This document shows, piece after piece, positions 59,374 through 64,000 of a DNA stretch of 64,000 bases; the first letter of the stretch is position 1, and every line of letters begins with the position of its first letter. This DNA is from Candidatus Bathyarchaeia archaeon (GTDB lineage Archaea; Thermoproteota; Bathyarchaeia; Bathyarchaeales; Bathycorpusculaceae), in assembly GCA_038883715.1 (NCBI GenBank), contig JAVZLS010000004.1, forward strand, positions 19,144 through 83,143, read 5' to 3'. Made by a program: the position numbers and the translations under genes. The notes beneath the pieces are model-generated. The model saw only the letters and a program-made list of their open reading frames with translations, was not told the DNA's origin and did no database searches.

Positions 59374-60397
59374 GATGTGCTCCTCCTTCAGTGTAAACAA
59401 GATTCCAAAGTTCGCTGAAATCAAGATAAGGCGCCGCCTTCGCCTTTTCCACACAAGAATCCAACGCCCTTTCGATTTCCATGTTTAACGCTTCAAACTC
59501 CTCTTTTGTTAGGATGCCAAGCCGAACGAGATTGTTGGCAAACCTTTCTATGGGGTCCTTTTTCATCCACTCTTGAACCTCTTCTTTTGGGCGGTATTCA
59601 GCCTTATCATAGACGCCGTGCCCCTTTTTCCGGTACGTTCTGCACTCGATAAAGGCTGGACCATTACCGCTGCGGAGATGGGCTACAGCATCTTTTCCGC
59701 TTGTGTAAACGGCTATCACGTCGTTTCCATACACCAAATAGGCTTTCATTCCATAACATGAGGCGCGAGCAGCTATGCTTTCTCCGGCAAAAGACTTTTT
59801 ATGAGGAACTGAAAAGGCGTAAAAGTTGTTTTCGCAAACAAACAAGACCGGAAGTTTCCAAACAGCCGCCAAGTTTAGGGCTTCGTGAAAGGCGCCCGTG
59901 TTTACGGCGCCGTCGCCGAAAAAGACAGTCACAATCTGTTTTCGCTTTCGGTATTGTAGGGCTAATCCAACGCCCACGGCTATAGGTATTCCTCCTCCAA
60001 CAATCGCCGAAGCAAGCAATATGTTATGTTCTACGCTCGTGGCAGAATGCATAGAACCGCCCAGACCTTTGCAAGTGCCAGTTCTCCTGCCAAACAATTC
60101 AGCCATCAAAGCCTCGAAGGGAACGCCTCGGGCTATAGCGTGCCCATGCCCCCGGTAAGTGGAAATTATAAAGTCTTCATCGTCTAAAGCCTTGACTATA
60201 CCGGCGGCAACCGCCTCTTGCCCAAGATATAGGTGGCATGGACCAATAAGCTGTCCTTCAAAGAATAGCCTTTCAACCCGCTCTTCAAATTTTCGCATTT
60301 CACACATTTTCCTTAAAAGCCACAGAAAATCACCGCGTGACAAGCCTAGGGCTGGATATTTTTCGGCTGGGACCTCGCCTATGAATTCTACGCTCAT
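59366..60397 (-). CDS. 2-oxoacid/acetoin dehydrogenase E1 alpha
   Basis: HLYLGQEA, YRGHGH, GGSMH, GDGA...ENN TPP motif. Confidence 0.94.
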   Translation of the reverse strand: MSVEFIGEVPAEKYPALGLSRGDFLWLLRKMCEMRKFEERVERLFFEGQLIGPCHLYLGQEAVAAGIVKALDDEDFIISTYRGHGHAIARGVPFEALMAELFGRRTGTCKGLGGSMHSATSVEHNILLASAIVGGGIPIAVGVGLALQYRKRKQIVTVFFGDGAVNTGAFHEALNLAAVWKLPVLFVCENNFYAFSVPHKKSFAGESIAARASCYGMKAYLVYGNDVIAVYTSGKDAVAHLRSGNGPAFIECRTYRKKGHGVYDKAEYRPKEEVQEWMKKDPIERFANNLVRLGILTKEEFEALNMEIERALDSCVEKAKAAPYLDFSELWNLVYTEGGAHHG

Positions 60398-60495
60398 GAT
60401 GGTGTGCCACCTTTCCAGAGTTTAGAGACTTTAGCATTTATAAAGGTTGGAGCACCTAAAATTTCACATTCAACGGCTAATAGGGGAAGAAGCAA

Positions 60496-61647
60496 ATGTT
60501 CGAAAGGGAGCTTCTAATGATTCCCGGACCGACAAACGTTGCCCCATCAGTTTTGCGTGCTATGTGCAAGCCTCCATTGTCGCACACAAGCCAAGAATTT
60601 GCAACCATATTCAAGGAGGCCCTAAACAATTTGAGGAGGGTTTTCATGACTGAAGGCGAAGTTTTTGTGGTGGCTGGTTCCGGAACTCTAGCACTAGAAA
60701 TGGCGATAGCCAACATTGTGGAGCCCGGCGACAAAGTGCTCAACACTGTTTCGGGGTTTTTTGGGCAGTATTTTGTTGATATATGCAAGGCTTACGGGGC
60801 GGTTCCCCGCGTTTTAGAAGTGCCGTATGGCATGGCTGTAAAGCCTGAACAAGTCAAGGAAGCCCTAAAAGATGGCGGGTTTAAGGCTGTTACTGTTACT
60901 CATGTGGAAACATCAACTGGAGTGGCAAACCCAATAAAGGAAATAGGAGAAGTTGTGCGGAAGTACAGCAACGCCTTCTACATAGTTGACACCGTTTGCT
61001 CTCTCGGCGGAATGGAAGTCCGCGTGGACGACTGGGGCATAGACGTTTGTGTTTCGGGTTCGCAGAAATGCATAGGCGTTCCGCCTGGATTGGCGCTGGT
61101 GGCTGTTAGCCAAAAAGCCTTACAATACTTGGAGAGACGCAAAACACCCGTTGGCTCGTGGTATGGAAGCTTTAAGAACTGGCTTCCAGTTATGAGGGAC
61201 CCAACCAGATATTTTGCAACCCCGCCAGTGAATATGATTTATGCATTGCATGAAGCTCTGAGGCTTGTGCTTGAGGAGGGATTGGAAAACCGTTTTAGAA
61301 GACACCATATTTTGGCTGAAGCTTTTAGGGCCGCCATGGAAGCTTTAAACCTTAAAATTGTGGCGGAAAGGGGATACGAAGCGGACACTCTTACGGCCGT
61401 TTATTATCCAGATGGTATAGATGACAACCAGTTTAGAAGCGAAATGAAAAACCGCGGAATTGTTGTTGCCGCAACCCTTGGACCGTTAAAAGGGAGAGGC
61501 TTCCGGGTTGGGCATATGGGAAACGTAAACCAAAACGACATAGCCGCCACGATATCCGCAATAGAAACAACACTGAAACACCTCGGATACGATGTTAATC
61601 TTGGAAGCGGAGTTAAAGCAGCGGAAGAGAAAATCCTTTCAGCCTAA
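60496..61647 (+). CDS. Class V aminotransferase (alanine-glyoxylate/serine-pyruvate type)
   Basis: LMIPGPT, HVETSTG, GSQK PLP lysine, FRVGHMG. Confidence 0.93.
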   Translation: MFERELLMIPGPTNVAPSVLRAMCKPPLSHTSQEFATIFKEALNNLRRVFMTEGEVFVVAGSGTLALEMAIANIVEPGDKVLNTVSGFFGQYFVDICKAYGAVPRVLEVPYGMAVKPEQVKEALKDGGFKAVTVTHVETSTGVANPIKEIGEVVRKYSNAFYIVDTVCSLGGMEVRVDDWGIDVCVSGSQKCIGVPPGLALVAVSQKALQYLERRKTPVGSWYGSFKNWLPVMRDPTRYFATPPVNMIYALHEALRLVLEEGLENRFRRHHILAEAFRAAMEALNLKIVAERGYEADTLTAVYYPDGIDDNQFRSEMKNRGIVVAATLGPLKGRGFRVGHMGNVNQNDIAATISAIETTLKHLGYDVNLGSGVKAAEEKILSA

Positions 61648-61660
61648 ATGGGCTAAAATT

Positions 61661-62284
61661 ATGGAGCCCATAACAGACTTTCCCCTTTTCTTGGCTTCTG
61701 TGGTTTTCATATCCCTTTCAGGAGTTATGATGCCTGGACCAGTATTCGCCGTGACTGTTGCGAGGGGTTATAGGAGCAAGGTTGCCGGCGCCTTAATAGC
61801 TCTTGGGCATGGAGCTGTGGAGTTTCCGCTGATTTTTCTTTTATATTTTGGGCTTTCAGAGTTTTTCACCTCAACCCTCGTACAAAAAGTCATCGGCGTT
61901 GTTGGCGGATCTGTGCTAATCTACATGGGCTTCCAAACTTTTAAAACAAGAAGGGAAGTCAAGACTGAGACACGTCACTCCGGACACGCCTCCTTCATTG
62001 CTGGTTTAATTGCAACCAGCGCAAACCCCTACTTTTTCGTTTGGTGGGCAACCGTGGGTATAGCCCTTATTTGGAACGCCTCCGTTTTTGGCGTTGCTGG
62101 ATTGTTGGCTTTCGCCACGGTGCATTGGCTATGCGACCTAGCATGGGACACCTTTGTTTCTGTAACAGTTTTTAAGTCGAGGCGCTTCTGGAACGAAAGA
62201 GTTTTCACAATAGTCTTTCTTTTCTGCTTCGCCGTCCTTGTGGCTTTCGGCTTATGGTTTGTTACTTCGGCTTTATTGTGGTAG
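61661..62284 (+). CDS. LysE family exporter
   Basis: SLSGVMMPGP, LGHG..E, NPYF..WW. Confidence 0.9.
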   Translation: MEPITDFPLFLASVVFISLSGVMMPGPVFAVTVARGYRSKVAGALIALGHGAVEFPLIFLLYFGLSEFFTSTLVQKVIGVVGGSVLIYMGFQTFKTRREVKTETRHSGHASFIAGLIATSANPYFFVWWATVGIALIWNASVFGVAGLLAFATVHWLCDLAWDTFVSVTVFKSRRFWNERVFTIVFLFCFAVLVAFGLWFVTSALLW

Positions 62285-63646
62285 ACTACCCACCTTTTTC
62301 AGTCTATAACGCTCATAAATTAGCTCGACACAGTCGCCGTCAACAATGAAATCTACTGGGAGTTTCCCGCCAGCTTGTAGGGTGTAAAACCTTTTCACGT
62401 CGCCTTCAATGTCCTCTGGGATTAATGGTATTATCATGTCAGTGTATTTATCACAGATTTCTATTTGGAGAAGTCCGCCTTTAGGCACGACCTTGGCGTC
62501 CATAGTCTCCCTGTAAGTCTGGTATAAACCACTTAACAACTCGTAGACTTTCTCGTATTTGATGAAGGGAAGCTCATCTGGGTTTTTGTCCAGCAATAGG
62601 GCTAGCGCATACAATCCCATCTGCGATAGCGGATAGCCACTTCCATTCGCTAAAAGCGCCACACCAACCCGTTTTTCTGGAATATAGCCCATATAAGCCG
62701 TGTAAACAAGCACTGAGCCCCCGTGTCCAACAAGCTTGTAGCCAAAGAAGTTCGGGATTATGCTCAGTCCGTAGCCGTAGGATTCTCCGCCGAAAACTTG
62801 AAGCGGCACTTTAACCCGTGGCTCTTCCATCTCTTTGATGGACGTTGAAGAAGCCAACGTGTTTCCGTTATATTTTCCTCTGTTTAGGTACATGATGATG
62901 TAGCGTGCCAAGTCAACAACGTTGCTTATCAGTCCACCGTCCGCGTAAATTCCGTAAGGAAATACGGACTTTTTGAGCTCTCCGTCTCGGGTGATTATGT
63001 ATGGGGTTGCAACATTGGCGTCTGCCTCCACATCCTCCCTACGGAAAAAGCTTCTATCCATCTTTAGGGGTTTGAGTATGTTCTCCTTAACATACTTGTC
63101 ATAGCTTATGCCAGAAACTTTCTCGATAATGTAGCCCAAAATCACATAGCCCTCATTAAGATAGAACCACCTTTCGCCCGGCTTTGTCAAAGCCCAATGG
63201 TTTGCGTCCCGCATGAATGTGAAAAGGTCTTCTGCGCTGGCGATGAGCACCCATTTGCCGCCAGCCCCAGTCATATATCGGATTAAGCCTTCAGCATAGG
63301 CAAGTGCTGGTATACCAGAAGCATGGCAAAGCAGATGCCAAATCTTAACGGGTTTTCCGCCTTTAGGCTCCAAATCTATTGGAACATACTTCTTAACAGG
63401 GTCTTCTAGGCTTAGTTTCCCTTTCTCAGCAAGCTGCATTATGGACAAAGCCGTAAAAGACTTCGTGACCGAGCCAACGCCGTATAGGGTTTCTGGTGTA
63501 GCCATCAAGCCATAATCCAAGTCGCGGAAGCCAAAACCTCTGCAATAGGCTAATTCACCATCTTCAATTATTGCCAAGCTCAGTCCGGGAAGATGAGTCC
63601 TTGAAAGCTTTTCGAAGATGAATTCTTCCAGTCTGCCATAATCCAT
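62273..63646 (-). CDS. Beta-lactamase-family serine peptidase, Pab87/CubicO type
   Basis: SVTK, YLN, HGG motifs; C-terminal beta domain ending LIYERYRLKK like the Pab87 octamerisation domain. Confidence 0.85.
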   Translation of the reverse strand: MDYGRLEEFIFEKLSRTHLPGLSLAIIEDGELAYCRGFGFRDLDYGLMATPETLYGVGSVTKSFTALSIMQLAEKGKLSLEDPVKKYVPIDLEPKGGKPVKIWHLLCHASGIPALAYAEGLIRYMTGAGGKWVLIASAEDLFTFMRDANHWALTKPGERWFYLNEGYVILGYIIEKVSGISYDKYVKENILKPLKMDRSFFRREDVEADANVATPYIITRDGELKKSVFPYGIYADGGLISNVVDLARYIIMYLNRGKYNGNTLASSTSIKEMEEPRVKVPLQVFGGESYGYGLSIIPNFFGYKLVGHGGSVLVYTAYMGYIPEKRVGVALLANGSGYPLSQMGLYALALLLDKNPDELPFIKYEKVYELLSGLYQTYRETMDAKVVPKGGLLQIEICDKYTDMIIPLIPEDIEGDVKRFYTLQAGGKLPVDFIVDGDCVELIYERYRLKKVGSLPQ

Positions 63647-63747
63647 TTTGTTGACACTCCCTCGCCATTCTAGTATGCCGATGCTTGCTGATAAGCTTAA
63701 ACATTTAAAAATCTAAGCCAACCATGAACAATAAATGAGGGCTGGCA

Positions 63748-64000
63748 ATGGCGGAGAAAATCGAATACCAGATTGGAAAGACGAAATTGTGCCTAGTTCA
63801 GGGAGACATAACAGAAATGGAAACAGACGCCATAGTAAACGCTGCAAACCCATCCCTCATGGGAGGCGGTGGAGTAGACGGAGCCATCCATAGAAAGGGC
63901 GGACCAAAAATCCTAGAAGAGTGCAAACGTATAAGGGCAACCGAATGGCCCAACGGACTTCCAACAGGAAAAGCCGTAATCACCACGGGCGGAAACTTAA
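63748..64000 (+). CDS. Macro-domain protein (O-acetyl-ADP-ribose deacetylase), runs off the window end
   Basis: Manual translation: [35 protein letters not shown]. Confidence 0.93.
   Translation, partial: MAEKIEYQIGKTKLCLVQGDITEMETDAIVNAANPSLMGGGGVDGAIHRKGGPKILEECKRIRATEWPNGLPTGKAVITTGGNL

Noticed and set aside
442-63986. Numerous antisense/alternate-frame ORFs in the ORF track
   Set aside because: Shadows of well-supported genes with no independent motifs

Overview
Archaeal chromosomal window. Gene content, gene order and frequent TTG starts suggest a TACK lineage, most likely Bathyarchaeia (inference). Most of it is core machinery: TFB, aIF1, class II RNR, the proteasome/exosome superoperon, the rpoD-L18e-L13-S9-rpoN-eno-S2-MEMO1-mevalonate/isoprenoid-gltX-SRP19 superoperon, SMC-ScpAB, S13-S4-S11, alaS, tiaS, nnr and tsr3. 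Three accessory blocks stand out. (1) An eight-gene oxidative-stress/iron cluster (Prx, OsmC, a rubredoxin missing from the ORF track, SOD, flavodoxin, three ferritin-like proteins) is divergent from a Ptr2/LrpA-type regulator, with Ptr2-like boxes between them. (2) A 44.5-48.6 kb island holds a mini-nuclease, a wHTH, a repeat-containing 400-bp spacer, a type IV pilin, a coiled-coil protein, a Roadblock-linker-CDC48-N-like barrel fusion, a second Roadblock and two more wHTH proteins. This is the best candidate for an undescribed system. (3) A 2-oxoacid dehydrogenase E1a-E1b-E2 cluster lacks a local E3. A ~17 kb inversion appears to have split the S13-S4-S11/rpoD operon. No rRNA, tRNA, CRISPR array, transposase or integrase was recognised. 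All calls come from motif recognition by eye; no searches were run.
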